DNA of 64,000 nucleotides from Chthoniobacter sp. (GCA_043779205.1 JAYWEP010000105.1:7231-71230); one strand, 5' to 3'. Numbered from the stretch's first letter, positions 36,934 through 46,701 are shown. The notes: generated from the letters alone by a model not told the origin. A program made the numbers and translations.

Positions 36934-37090
36934 CCCCTCGTTCCCAAGCTCCTGCTTGGGAATGCCAGTGTCCTGGAAGCTCCGCTTCCCGGTGCGTGGC
37001 ATGGAGTGACGCGTGTGCGCTCTTGCGGCGCGGCCGAAGCAGAGCTTCGCAGACAAGGGCGTGCCCAAGCTGGAGCTTGGGCACGAGGGG
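36934..37090. repeat. About 155-bp composite REP/BIME-like element, copy 1
   Basis: CTCGTTCCCAAGCTCCTGCTTGGGAA..GAAGCTCCGCTTC..GAAGCAGAGCTTCG..CCCAAGCTGGAGCTTGGGCACGAG; homologous to 63639-63792. Confidence 0.9.
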
Positions 37091-37137
37091 CCATTGCCTG
37101 GGCACGAGGAGGGAAATACAACCCGCATCGCCGCGGA

Positions 37138-37284
37138 GCGGGCTGGTTTTTTTACGATGCGGGTCGGCTTTGATCCGCGGCAGACTCGCTTTGGGGAAAA
37201 GCGGGTCTGCTTTTTTGCAAAGCAGACCGGCCTTTTTGCGGTGCGGGTTTGCATGCCAGGCAAGCGGGTTTGCTTTGGAGCAAA
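37138..37284. repeat. Seven degenerate 21-bp tandem repeats
   Basis: Units start at an exact 21-nt period (37138, 37159, 37180, 37201, 37222, 37243, 37264); consensus approximately GC(G/A)G(G/A)(T/C)NNGCTTT. Confidence 0.85.
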
Positions 37285-37410
37285 ACAACTCCCCGTCCGA
37301 TCAATGCGGACTGGCTGTTCCATGAGCGCAATTCGCCGGCTTTTTCCGCTGGAAGTAACTGCCGGCACATCGGCGGCAATGATGCTGGCATGGTTTTGGC
37401 TAAGTGAATT

Positions 37411-37542
37411 TCAAACTCGACGGCCACGCGCGTGGTCATCGGCGGGCTCACGCCGGGCGAGACGCTCTGGGCGCGCGCCTGCGCGAACGGCTCCGCCGGA
37501 GCCAGCGAATGGAGCGCGTCGGCGACGGCGATGGTCACCTAA
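37411..37542 (+). pseudogene. C-terminal fragment of a fibronectin type III domain gene
   Basis: SNSTATRVVIGGLTPGETLWARACANGSAGASEWSASATAMVT* matches the FN3 GLxPGxxYxxRVxAxxxxGxSxWS pattern. In-frame TGA just upstream and no start codon. Confidence 0.65.
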
Positions 37543-37570
37543 GCCCGGAAAGCAAAAGCTGCCAAAACTC

Positions 37571-37600
37571 AAGGCGCGTCGGAGAAATCCGACGCGCCTT
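37571..37600. terminator. Stem-loop downstream of ispF (probable terminator)
   Basis: AAGGCGCGTCGGA-GAAA-TCCGACGCGCCTT, a perfect 13-bp stem. A second hairpin lies at 37615-37649. Confidence 0.65.
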
Positions 37601-37651
37601 TCTCGCGCCTCAGAGGGCGTCTAAATAAAGCGCGGGCTATTAGACGCCCGC

Positions 37652-38131
37652 TCAGTCCGGCAGGAGCACGCTCGCCACCGCCATTGCCGCGATGCCTTCG
37701 CCGCGTCCGAGAAAACCCATCCGCTCATTCGTCGTCGCCTTCACCCCGACGCGCGCGACGGGAATCCCCAGCGCCGCCGCGAGATTCTCCCGCATCTCCG
37801 CGACATGCGGGCCGATCTTCGGCGCTTCGGCGATCAGCGTCGCGTCGATATTGATCACGCGCCCGCCTTTTTCCCCGACGAGCGTGCCGGCCCTCCGCAG
37901 AATCTCGATGCTGCTGATCCCGCGGATGGATTCGTCGCTGTTCGGAAAATGATGCCCAATGTCGCGCTCGCCAATCGCGCCCAGCACCGCATCCGCAATC
38001 GCATGCACCAGCACGTCGGCATCGCTGTGCCCGTCGAGCCCGTGCGTGTGCGGGATTTCCACGCCGCCGAGGATGAGCGCGCGGTTTTCCGCGAAGCGAT
38101 GCACGTCGTAGCCGATGCCGGTGAGGTTCAT
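37652..38131 (-). CDS. ispF: 2-C-methyl-D-erythritol 2,4-cyclodiphosphate synthase
   Basis: GIGYDVH, GHSDADVLVHAIADAVLGA, VKATTNE. Confidence 0.97.
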   Translation of the reverse strand: MNLTGIGYDVHRFAENRALILGGVEIPHTHGLDGHSDADVLVHAIADAVLGAIGERDIGHHFPNSDESIRGISSIEILRRAGTLVGEKGGRVINIDATLIAEAPKIGPHVAEMRENLAAALGIPVARVGVKATTNERMGFLGRGEGIAAMAVASVLLPD

Positions 38132-38880
38132 AGTTCGAGGTCGATGCGCCCACTCGACGCGACGACGGAGATTTTGTCGGGGTTGTCCTCGCGCGGCGTC
38201 ATTGCGAATTGCCCGCCCGCCGCTTCCACGAGCAGCTTGCCCGCAGCCACGTCCCACAGGCTCACCGATTGCTCGATGTAAGCGTCGAGCCGCCCGCACG
38301 CGACGTACGCGAGATCGAGCGCGGCGCTGCCCATGAGCCGGCACTTGCGCGCGCGCATCACGTACTTTTCGAGCATCGGCAGACCGGCGGAGATCGTCGT
38401 CTTCGATTTCGAGAAACCGATGGAAAGCGTGGCGTCCGCGAGCTGCGTGCGCGTGCTCACGGCGATGGGTTTGCCGTTGAGCGTCGCCGCCGCGCCGTGC
38501 TCCACGGCCCACAGCTCGTCGCGCATCGGATCGTAGATGACCCCGACGATGATTTCGCCGCGCTCGCGCAGCGCGATGGAGATGCAGAAGTGCGGGATGC
38601 CATAGAAATAATTCACCGTCCCGTCGATCGGATCGACGATCCATTGGAAGTCGCTCGCCTGGTTTCCGGCGAGGCCCTCCTCGCCGTAGATCGCGTGGTC
38701 GGGAAACTGCGCGAGGAGTTGTGCAGTGATGAGATCCTGCGTGCGGACATCAAGCTCAAGCTTGATGTCGTGGGCGTGAAATTCGTTCACATCGAGCGCC
38801 TGACCGAAGTGCTCGCGGAGCAGTTCGCCGGCGGCGCGGGCCGCGGTCACGGCGGCGTGGAGATAAGGAGGGGTGGGCAT
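38128..38880 (-). CDS. suhB: Inositol monophosphatase family protein
   Basis: WIVDPIDGTVNY, GSAALDLAYVACGRLD, WDVAAG. Confidence 0.93.
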   Translation of the reverse strand: MPTPPYLHAAVTAARAAGELLREHFGQALDVNEFHAHDIKLELDVRTQDLITAQLLAQFPDHAIYGEEGLAGNQASDFQWIVDPIDGTVNYFYGIPHFCISIALRERGEIIVGVIYDPMRDELWAVEHGAAATLNGKPIAVSTRTQLADATLSIGFSKSKTTISAGLPMLEKYVMRARKCRLMGSAALDLAYVACGRLDAYIEQSVSLWDVAAGKLLVEAAGGQFAMTPREDNPDKISVVASSGRIDLEL

Positions 38881-38911
38881 TGGCGGGTGGTGAAGGGCGG
38901 CGATACTCCAC

Positions 38912-38950
38912 AAAAAAAGTGGGAGGAGAAATGAATTTCTCCTCCCACTT
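38912..38950 (-). terminator. Rho-independent terminator of the histone-like gene
   Basis: 15-bp perfect stem AAGTGGGAGGAGAAA-TGAA-TTTCTCCTCCCACTT followed on the minus strand by a T-tract. Confidence 0.85.
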
Positions 38951-38973
38951 GTGATAGTAACGGGGACCGGTAC

Positions 38974-39132
38974 TTATTTCTTCTTAGCTGCTTTTTTAGC
39001 AGGAGCCGCCTTTTTAGCAGGAGCAGCTTTCTTGGCCGCAGGCTTCTTAGCCGCCAATTTCTTGGCTGGTGCTTTTTTGGCTGGTGCTGCTTTGGCCGCA
39101 GCTTTTTTTGCAGGAGCTTTCTTAATCGCCAT
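38974..39132 (-). CDS. 52-aa Lys/Ala/Pro-rich histone H1-like nucleoid protein
   Basis: Manual translation: MAIKKAPAKKAAAKAAPAKKAPAKKLAAKKPAAKKAAPAKKAAPAKKAAKKK*. GGGGGA just upstream and its own terminator downstream. Too short for the ORF track. Confidence 0.85.
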   Translation of the reverse strand: MAIKKAPAKKAAAKAAPAKKAPAKKLAAKKPAAKKAAPAKKAAPAKKAAKKK

Positions 39133-39448
39133 TTAAAATCCCCCCTTTCAATCCGCAGTAGCGGGTCACAGGAAAATGTTTGGAGTGGTCAGGTTTGTTC
39201 ATCACTCGGAATGCGTGTGTGGTTAGTGAAGATGAGGAAAAGGGTCAACGGATTTCTTCTTGCGCGGGCATTTATTTTTTCGTTGGCGCGAAATCCGACG
39301 AGGCTTCGCGATCACAGCCGCGGCGACTTGGAAATCATCATAGCCCGCGCAGCCTGTGTTGATGCGGCTTGCGGGGCGGTGCCGAAAATTTCGCAGGTCA
39401 GGTGACGCGGAATTTCCGGGCGCGCGGATCGTGCGCAAAAATTTCGCG

Positions 39449-39994
39449 CTACTTCTTCGCGGCGATGATCTGCGCGGCGCGCTCGGCGATGTCATCGGTG
39501 CTCCACAAACGTCCGACGCCCTCATATCCGCATGCGAGCATCCCTTCTTCCGGCCCGATGAATTCCACTCCGCGCGATTTCAGCAGCGCCACATTTTGCT
39601 GCGTCGCGGCGTGCTGCCACATCTTCCCGTTCATCGCCGGCGCGATGAGCACGGGCGCGAGCGTGGCGAGCGCAATCTCGCAAAGCGGATTGCCCGCGAG
39701 ACCGTGCGCGAGTTCCGCGAGGATGTTCGCCGTCGCCGGCGCGATGAGCAGCAGCGCCGCGCGATCCGCGAGGTCGATGTGCGTCGGTTTCCAATCGCCG
39801 CTCTCGAAGACGCTCGTGACCACGGGGTTTTTCGAGAGCGTCTGCAGCGTCAGCGGCGTGATGAATTCCTGCGCGCCGTGCGTCATCACCACATGCACCT
39901 CGCAGCCGCGCTTGCCGAGTTTGCTCACAAGATCCGCCGCCTTGCAGGCCGCGATCGAGCCGGTGACGCCAACGATGACGACGGGCGCACTCAC
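39449..39994 (-). CDS. coaC: Phosphopantothenoylcysteine decarboxylase (stand-alone CoaC flavoprotein domain)
   Basis: GVTGSIAACKA, LIAPATANILA, PAMNGKMW, GMLACGYEGVGRL. GTG start overlaps the gmk stop. Confidence 0.9.
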   Translation of the reverse strand: MSAPVVIVGVTGSIAACKAADLVSKLGKRGCEVHVVMTHGAQEFITPLTLQTLSKNPVVTSVFESGDWKPTHIDLADRAALLLIAPATANILAELAHGLAGNPLCEIALATLAPVLIAPAMNGKMWQHAATQQNVALLKSRGVEFIGPEEGMLACGYEGVGRLWSTDDIAERAAQIIAAKK

Positions 39995-40602
39995 GCGAGA
40001 ATCATCCTCCGGCTCAGGTATCGCTCCGCGCGCATGATCGCGCGAAACTTCTGCAAATCCTCCTCCACGGAGCCGCTGATCAGCGTGTAGCGGTAGTCGC
40101 GCCACGCTTCCATTTCCGTCGCCGCGTTCGTCAGGCGCATCTCGATTTGCTCCGGCGTCTCGGTGCCGCGTTTGACCAGCCGGTGCCGCAGCTCTTCAAG
40201 ACTCGGCGGCATCATGAAGATGTCCGCGATCGACGCGCGAATCTCAGCATTCGCATCGCTGCGGATTTGCCCCGCACCCTGCACGTCGATGTCGATGAGC
40301 ACATCCACGCCCGCCGCGAGTTGGTCGGTCACCGCCGCGCGCCGCGTGCCGTAATGATTCCCATGCACCTCCGCCGATTCGAGGAACTCGCCCGCCGCCA
40401 GCTTCCGCGCAAAATCGTCCGCGCTGAGAAAGTGATAGTCCTCGCCGTCGATCTCCCCCGCCCGCGGCGGACGTGTCGTGCAGGAAACCGAGTACACAAA
40501 ATCCGCGCCCGGCCGCAGCGCGTTGAGCAGCGTGCTTTTTCCCGCACCCGACGGCGCGGACACCACAAACAAAATCCCGCGGCGATGAAACTCCCGGCTC
40601 AT
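39991..40602 (-). CDS. gmk: Guanylate kinase
   Basis: SAPSGAGKST, SCTTRPPRAGEIDGEDYHF, VHGNHYGT. Confidence 0.97.
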   Translation of the reverse strand: MSREFHRRGILFVVSAPSGAGKSTLLNALRPGADFVYSVSCTTRPPRAGEIDGEDYHFLSADDFARKLAAGEFLESAEVHGNHYGTRRAAVTDQLAAGVDVLIDIDVQGAGQIRSDANAEIRASIADIFMMPPSLEELRHRLVKRGTETPEQIEMRLTNAATEMEAWRDYRYTLISGSVEEDLQKFRAIMRAERYLSRRMILA

Positions 40603-41474
40603 TCGATGTTCGCGATTTGCTCCCGGATTTTCTCCATCTCCGCCTTGCACACCACGACGTGCTGCGAAATCTCCACGTCATTCGCCTTCGCCCCGAGCGT
40701 GTTAAATTCGCGCCCGATCTCCTGGCACATGAACTCCAGCGTGCGCCCCACCGGCTCCTGCTTCCGCAGATGATGCGCGAACTGCACGAAGTGACTTTCC
40801 AGCCGCGTCAGCTCCTCCGCCGTGTCGCTTTTCTCCGCGAAAAAGATCACCTCTTTCACCAGCCGCTCGTCATCCAGCGGCAGGTCCACACCCGCCCGCG
40901 CGATGCGATCGTGCAGCGATTGCCGGTACTTTTTCACCACCGCCGGCTGCAGCTCCTTCACCTTGCGCACCGCGTCGCGCACCAGCTTCACGCGCTTGAT
41001 CAAATCCTTCGCCAGATGCTTCCCCTCGACCTCCCGCATCTTCACCAAATCGGCGAGCGCCTCCTTCAAAGCCTTCTCCACATGCGGCCACGCTTCATCC
41101 ACCGAAAACTGCTCCTCCGGCAGCCGCAGCACCCCCGGCGCGCGCAGCACCGTCTCGATGCTGATCTCGCCCGCCGCCTGCAGCTCCTTTTGCAAATCCA
41201 GCATCGCCCGGTAGTACGTCCGCGCGAGCCCCGCATCGAGCGCGAGATTCTGCGCGGACGACGCGCTTTGATGACACGCCACCACCACATTCAGCCGCCC
41301 GCGCGAGACCTCGGCATTGATGACATCGCGCACCCGCGGCTCCAGCTCCGCGAGTTCGCGCGGGAGCGTCACCACCACATCGCTCTGCTTCCGGTTCACC
41401 GAGTTGAGTTCGACGCTGAATTTCGCGCCGTTGTGGGTGGATTGTCCGCGGCCATAGCCGGTCATGCTTCGCAT
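40599..41474 (-). CDS. yicC: YicC/YloC family endoribonuclease
   Basis: MRSMTGYG, GRTLEFMCQEIGREFNTLGAK, EKIREQIANIE. Confidence 0.95.
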   Translation of the reverse strand: MRSMTGYGRGQSTHNGAKFSVELNSVNRKQSDVVVTLPRELAELEPRVRDVINAEVSRGRLNVVVACHQSASSAQNLALDAGLARTYYRAMLDLQKELQAAGEISIETVLRAPGVLRLPEEQFSVDEAWPHVEKALKEALADLVKMREVEGKHLAKDLIKRVKLVRDAVRKVKELQPAVVKKYRQSLHDRIARAGVDLPLDDERLVKEVIFFAEKSDTAEELTRLESHFVQFAHHLRKQEPVGRTLEFMCQEIGREFNTLGAKANDVEISQHVVVCKAEMEKIREQIANIE

Positions 41475-41525
41475 AGCCGCGCAGGGTAGGAGTGGGGGTT
41501 GAAAGTGCAAATCCTTCCTGCGCGC

Positions 41526-43007
41526 TTACGCCAGCAGCTTTTCGATGACGTGCCCATGCACGTCGGTGAGGCGGCGGTCGATGCCGTTGTGGCGGAAGCT
41601 GAGCTTCGTGTGCTCGATGCCGAGCAGGCGCAGAATCGTGGCGTGGATGTCGTACACCTGCACGCTTTCGCCCGCCGGCTTGTAGCCCCACACATCGCTC
41701 TCGCCGGTGGAGATGCCGCCTTTGATCCCCGCGCCGCAGAGCCAGTTTGTGAAAACGAACGGATTGTGGTCGCGGCCCTTCCCGCCCTGCGCGCACGGCA
41801 TCCGGCCAAACTCCGTCGTCCACAAAATGACCGTCTCATCGAGCAGCCCGCGCTGTTTTAGATCCCCGATCAGCGCCGCCACCGGCCCGGCCATGCCGAG
41901 CGAGAGCGGCGCGTGGTCGCGCGCGATGTCCTCGTGCGAATCCCAGTTCCGCCGCGGGAAACCGTTGTCGCACCCGCTCCAGATTTGCACGAAGCGCACG
42001 CCGCGTTCGAGCAGCCGCCGCGCGGTCAGGCATTTGCGGCCCATGATGTCGGCCTCCTCCGCCACGTTGATTTCCGCGGGCCATTTCTTCGTCGAGTTGT
42101 CGATGCCGTAGCTCGCGAGCGTCGCGGCATTTTCCTTGGAAAGATCGAACGCCTCGGGCGCGGCGAGCTGCATCCGGGCCGCGAGTTCGTACGAGCGGAT
42201 GCGCGCCTCCAGCCGCGCGTCGCCCGCGCGTCCGGCGGCGTGCGCGCGGTTCAGCGTCGTCAGCAGATCGAGCCCCGCCGCCTCACCCGCGGGCGTGATG
42301 AAATCCTGCTTCGCCGGAAAAAGATCCTCGATCGGATTCTCCGCGCCCACCCGCACCGTGGTGCCCGCGTGCTGTCCGGGGAGGAATGCCGAGTCCCAGT
42401 TTTTCTGCCCGTTCGACGGAAACCCGCGCAAGTCCGGCAGCACCACAAACGTCGGCAGATTCTCATTCAGCGAACCCAGCCCGTAGCTCACCCACGCGCC
42501 CATCCCGGGAAAACCCGGCGTCACAAACCCCGTCGTCTGCAGCAGCGTCGCCTGGCTGTGGACGCCGGATTTTCCCACGAGGTTGTGGATGAAAGCGATG
42601 TCGTCCGCGACCGCGCCGAGCGGTGCCACGATTTCGCTCAGCATTTTCCCGCACTTCCCATGCGGCGAAAATTTCCACGGTGATGCGAAGCACGCGCCGG
42701 GGCTGCTTTGGAAAAGCTCCACCGCCTCGCCCGGATCCCATTTCTCGCCATTGCGCTTCGCCAGCTCCGGCTTGTGATCCCACATATCCACATGGCTCGC
42801 CGCGCCCGCCATAAAAAGCTGCACCACGCGCTTCGCCTTCGGCGGAAACTGCATGAACTCCGCCCCGCCCGCCGCGTGCAACTTCTCCCCGCCCAGCAGG
42901 CTCGCGAGCGCGATGCCGCCGAGCCCGCCGCCCGAACGGAAAAGAAACTCGCGCCGCGAGAGCGGCGGCGTGTCGTGCATGCGGTGAAATGGCGAGCCGC
43001 GGCTCAT
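41526..43007 (-). CDS. DUF1501 domain-containing protein (Tat-exported)
   Basis: LSRREFL, AKRVVQLFMAGAASHVDMWD, WTTEFGRMP, RLTDVHG. Start at 43007 or 42980. Confidence 0.92.
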   Translation of the reverse strand: MSRGSPFHRMHDTPPLSRREFLFRSGGGLGGIALASLLGGEKLHAAGGAEFMQFPPKAKRVVQLFMAGAASHVDMWDHKPELAKRNGEKWDPGEAVELFQSSPGACFASPWKFSPHGKCGKMLSEIVAPLGAVADDIAFIHNLVGKSGVHSQATLLQTTGFVTPGFPGMGAWVSYGLGSLNENLPTFVVLPDLRGFPSNGQKNWDSAFLPGQHAGTTVRVGAENPIEDLFPAKQDFITPAGEAAGLDLLTTLNRAHAAGRAGDARLEARIRSYELAARMQLAAPEAFDLSKENAATLASYGIDNSTKKWPAEINVAEEADIMGRKCLTARRLLERGVRFVQIWSGCDNGFPRRNWDSHEDIARDHAPLSLGMAGPVAALIGDLKQRGLLDETVILWTTEFGRMPCAQGGKGRDHNPFVFTNWLCGAGIKGGISTGESDVWGYKPAGESVQVYDIHATILRLLGIEHTKLSFRHNGIDRRLTDVHGHVIEKLLA

Positions 43008-43012
43008 GGCTG

Positions 43013-44392
43013 CTAAAGCACGGCCCCGCGCAGCACGACGGTGGCGACGGAGAAGTAGATAATCAGCCCGGTGACATCGACCAGCGTGGCGACAAACGGC
43101 GCGGACGACGTGGCCGGATCGACGCCGCACCTTTTCAAAATGAAGGGCAGCATCGCCCCCGCGAGCGAGCCCCAGAGCACCACGCCGACCAGCGAGAAGC
43201 CGACGATCGTGCCGATGGTCAGCCATTGCCCGGCATACGAATGAAAGACCACATGCCAGAGCGCGATGCGGATGAAGCCGATGACGCCGAGGATCACGCC
43301 GAGCGCAAAGCCGGAGACGATTTCCTTCCGCATGATGCACCACCAATCGCGCAGGCCGAATTCGCCGACGGCCATCGCGCGGATGATGAGCGTGCTGGCC
43401 TGCGAGCCGGAGTTGCCGCCGCTGGAGATGATGAGTGGCAGGAACATCGCGAGGAGGACGAATTTTTCCATCTGGGCCTGGAAGCCCGCCATCGCCGTAG
43501 CCGTGAGCATTTCGCCGAGGAAAAGGATGATCAGCCAGCTCGCCCGCTTCTTGATCATCCGCGGCATGGAGATGGTCATGTAGGGCTCGTCGAGCGCCTC
43601 CATGCCGCCCATCTTCTGGATGTCCTCGGTGGTCTCCTCCTCCTGGATGTCGAGGAAGTCATCGACGGTGACGATGCCGAGGAGCTTTTCCTCGCTGTCG
43701 ATGACGGGGAGAGTGTGGCGGTCGTATTTCTTGAAGATCTGGTAGGCGTCGCGCGCCTGGTCGGTGGCGCGGAGGGCGATGAATTCGGAGTCGCGGATTT
43801 CATCGACAAGCGTGCCGACGGGACGGAGGAGAAACTCGCGGATGCGGACGTCGTCGATGAGCGTGCCGCGCTCGTCGGTGACGTAGATGACGTTCAGCGT
43901 CTCGGAATCGCGCCCGTGCTCGCGGATATAATCGAGGACGCGCTGGATGCTCCAGTCGCCGCGAACGCTGATGAAATCAGGGGTCATGCGGCGGCCGACG
44001 CTGCCCTCGGGGTAGTTGAGGAGGGATTGCGCGACGGCTTTCTCCTCGGGCGAAAGGAGCTGGATGAGCTGGACGACGGCGGCGCCGGGGAGTTCCTCGA
44101 GGAGCGCGGTGCGGTCGTCGGGGGACATGTCATTGAGGATGCGCGCGGCCTCGGCGTGGCCCATCGCTTTTAGGACGACCTGCTGCGCATCGGGCTCGAG
44201 ATACTCGAAGACATCCGTGGCCTGCGCGTGCGGCAGGAGGCGGAAGACGATGGCCTGCTCGTCGTCCGGCAGCTCGGTGATGCACTCCGCGACATCCGCC
44301 GGCGACCAGTCCTCAAAGGCGGCGCGAAGGGCGGAAAAATTCCGCTCTTCGATGAGCTCCCGGATTTCCGGGCCGATGAGATTGCCGAGCAT
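43013..44392 (-). CDS. mgtE: Magnesium transporter MgtE
   Basis: MgtE N-terminal helices, CBS pair, [26 protein letters not shown]. Start taken at MLGNLIGPE. Confidence 0.96.
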   Translation of the reverse strand: MLGNLIGPEIRELIEERNFSALRAAFEDWSPADVAECITELPDDEQAIVFRLLPHAQATDVFEYLEPDAQQVVLKAMGHAEAARILNDMSPDDRTALLEELPGAAVVQLIQLLSPEEKAVAQSLLNYPEGSVGRRMTPDFISVRGDWSIQRVLDYIREHGRDSETLNVIYVTDERGTLIDDVRIREFLLRPVGTLVDEIRDSEFIALRATDQARDAYQIFKKYDRHTLPVIDSEEKLLGIVTVDDFLDIQEEETTEDIQKMGGMEALDEPYMTISMPRMIKKRASWLIILFLGEMLTATAMAGFQAQMEKFVLLAMFLPLIISSGGNSGSQASTLIIRAMAVGEFGLRDWWCIMRKEIVSGFALGVILGVIGFIRIALWHVVFHSYAGQWLTIGTIVGFSLVGVVLWGSLAGAMLPFILKRCGVDPATSSAPFVATLVDVTGLIIYFSVATVVLRGAVL

Positions 44393-44494
44393 CCGCGCAG
44401 GGAAACACCGCGCGTCGGCGCTTGCCAATGGTGGAGTGCGAAAAACTCGCGCACGCCGCTTTTCAATCCGCGCGCGGGCATCTAGCGTCGGCCC

Positions 44495-46246
44495 GTGAGC
44501 TACACGGTTTTCGCCCGCAAATATCGTCCGCAGACCTTCGATGAAATCGTCGGGCAGGACCACATCGTCCGCACGCTGAAGAACGCCATCGCCCAGAACC
44601 GGCTGGCGCAGGCGTATCTTTTCGTCGGCCCGCGCGGGACGGGGAAGACGAGCACGGCGCGCATTTTCGCGAAAGCGCTGAACTGCGTGAACGGGCCGAC
44701 GGCGGACCCGTGCGGGGTGTGCTCGATGTGCAAGGAAATCGCCGAGGGGAATTCGCTGAACGTCATGGAATTCGACGCCGCGTCGAACACGCAGGTCGAT
44801 AAAATCCGCGAGATCATCATCGACAATGTGAAGTACATGCCGACCGGCGGGGCGAAGTACAAACTCTACATCGTGGACGAGGTCCACATGCTCTCGAACT
44901 CGTCCTTCAACGCGCTCCTCAAGACGCTCGAGGAGCCGCCCGCGCATGTGAAATTCGTCTTCGCCACGACCGACGTGCAGAAGGTGCCGACGACGATCAT
45001 CTCGCGCTGCCAGCGCTTCGACCTGCGGCGCATCCCCGCGCCGGAAATCGCGAAGCATTTGCTCTACATCGCGGGCAAGGAAAACCTCGCGCTCTCGCCC
45101 GCGGCGGCGGAGACCATCGCGCGCGGCGCGGAGGGCGGGCTGCGCGATGCGGAGTCGATGTTCGATCAGCTCGTGGCGTTTTGCGGGACGGAAATCGGCG
45201 AGGAAAACGTGCTCGAAGTCTTCGGCTTCACCGGGCAGCAGACGGTCGCGGGGCTGTGCGGGCACTTGATCGCGGGCGAATCCGCGGCGGCGCTGGCGGC
45301 GATCCACGCGCAGGCCGAGGCGGGGAAGGATCTCAGCCGGCTGATGTCCGATCTCATCGCGCACTTTCGCAATCTGCTCGTCGTGCGGCACGACCCGCAG
45401 GGCGTGCAGGATGAGCTGAGCGCGGAGGCCGTGGCGGCGCTCGTGGAGCAAAGCGGGCGCATCGGCACGGACAAACTGCTGGAGCTGATCGAGCAATTCG
45501 CCGCGGCGGAAGGCCGGATGAAATGGGCGGCGAACAAGAAGATGCACTTCGAGATCGCCGCGATCCGCGCGATCCAAACATTGGGTCAGGCGACATTGAC
45601 GGAGGTGCTGGACACGCTGACCGCGATCCGCGGCGGCGGCGGGGGAGAAGACGGAAGGCGGAAGGCGGAAGGCGGAAGTGTGCGGCCCGCGCCGGTCGTG
45701 AAACTGGAAACGCCGGCACCCGCGCCGCGCGCTTCGCTGAGCGCGGCGGTCGCCGCTTCCCTCGGGGAAAAAAAAACCGCGCCCGCGCCGGTCCCATCCG
45801 TCCCATCCGTGCGCGAGGAGCCGCCCGCAAAGCCTGTGCCCAAGCCAGTCGCAGCGGCACCGGCGATTTCCATGGAGGCGCTGTGGCCGCGGTTTGTGGA
45901 CCGCCTGCGGCAGGACAAAAACCGCGGGCTCCTCTGCACCTTTGTCGAGGCTGGCCAGCTCGTCGAAGTCGCCAACGGCCTCGCCATTCTCGCCTTTCCG
46001 CCGGACGCCGATTTCGAGCGGGACTCGTGCGCCGGAAAAAACCGCCCGCCGCTCGAAGCGCTGCTCACCGAACTCGCCGGGCAGCCGATCACGCTCAAGT
46101 GCGAAACCCGCGCCGGCCTCACCGTCAAAAAAATCGCGCCGGCCGAAACCAAAGCCGACGAGCCGCCACCCGACCCGATGGCCGTTTTCAAAGACGACCC
46201 GCTCATCCACAAGGCGCTCGAAATTTTCCAAGCCGAGATTCTTTGA
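44495..46246 (+). CDS. dnaX: DNA polymerase III subunit gamma/tau
   Basis: [43 protein letters not shown]. Confidence 0.98.
   Translation: MSYTVFARKYRPQTFDEIVGQDHIVRTLKNAIAQNRLAQAYLFVGPRGTGKTSTARIFAKALNCVNGPTADPCGVCSMCKEIAEGNSLNVMEFDAASNTQVDKIREIIIDNVKYMPTGGAKYKLYIVDEVHMLSNSSFNALLKTLEEPPAHVKFVFATTDVQKVPTTIISRCQRFDLRRIPAPEIAKHLLYIAGKENLALSPAAAETIARGAEGGLRDAESMFDQLVAFCGTEIGEENVLEVFGFTGQQTVAGLCGHLIAGESAAALAAIHAQAEAGKDLSRLMSDLIAHFRNLLVVRHDPQGVQDELSAEAVAALVEQSGRIGTDKLLELIEQFAAAEGRMKWAANKKMHFEIAAIRAIQTLGQATLTEVLDTLTAIRGGGGGEDGRRKAEGGSVRPAPVVKLETPAPAPRASLSAAVAASLGEKKTAPAPVPSVPSVREEPPAKPVPKPVAAAPAISMEALWPRFVDRLRQDKNRGLLCTFVEAGQLVEVANGLAILAFPPDADFERDSCAGKNRPPLEALLTELAGQPITLKCETRAGLTVKKIAPAETKADEPPPDPMAVFKDDPLIHKALEIFQAEIL
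45652..45678. repeat. Heptamer tandem repeat (CGGAAGG)x3.9 inside the dnaX linker
   Basis: cggaagg-cggaagg-cggaagg-cggaag, encoding [10 protein letters not shown] 9-mer GTCCCATCC x2 also occurs at 45791-45808. Confidence 0.9.
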
Positions 46247-46250
46247 AGAA

Positions 46251-46353
46251 TGTTGAGAGTTGAAAGTTGAGTGTTGAGTGACGCTTGGCTCCAATTCCCA
46301 CACACCTCCAAAAACCACGCGCAGCGTTCCCTTTCACTCAACACTCAACTTTC
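46251..46353. repeat. Heptamer tandem-repeat palindrome (GTTGA(G/A)N type)
   Basis: GAAAGTTGAGTGTTGAGTGA (46262-46281) and its exact reverse complement (46334-46353), separated by 52 nt. Confidence 0.92.
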
Positions 46354-46362
46354 CCACTACCC

Positions 46363-46677
46363 ATGAACCTCAAAAAAATGATGCAGCAGGCCACCAAGAT
46401 GCAGGAGCAGATGCAGAGCGCGCAGGCCGATCTCGCCGAGAAATCCGTGACCGCCACCGCGGGCGGCGGCAAAGTCACCGTGACCGCGAACGGCGCGGGC
46501 GAAGTGACCGCGATCAAGATCGACAAAACGGTCGTCGATCCCGAAGACGTGGAGATGCTCGAAGACCTCGTCCTCACCGGCGTGCAAAAAGCCCTCGCCG
46601 AGGCCAAGGCGCTCGCGGAATCCGAGATGGGCAAAGTGACCGCCGGCCTCGGGCTGCCGCCGGGACTGGGGTTCTAG
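46363..46677 (+). CDS. ybaB: YbaB/EbfC nucleoid-associated protein
   Basis: MMQQATKMQEQM, TATAGGGKVTV, DPEDVEMLEDLV. Confidence 0.96.
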   Translation: MNLKKMMQQATKMQEQMQSAQADLAEKSVTATAGGGKVTVTANGAGEVTAIKIDKTVVDPEDVEMLEDLVLTGVQKALAEAKALAESEMGKVTAGLGLPPGLGF

Positions 46678-46701
46678 CGCATCCACCGAAAACAAGTTCC
46701 G

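Noticed and set aside
38131-38644. 330-aa ORF suggesting an IspD-IspF fusion
   Set aside because: The upstream part overlaps suhB in another frame and has no IspD motifs; IspF starts at 38131.
44392-46318. 1101-aa ORF call extending mgtE upstream
   Set aside because: The extension is antisense to dnaX; MgtE homology starts at 44392.
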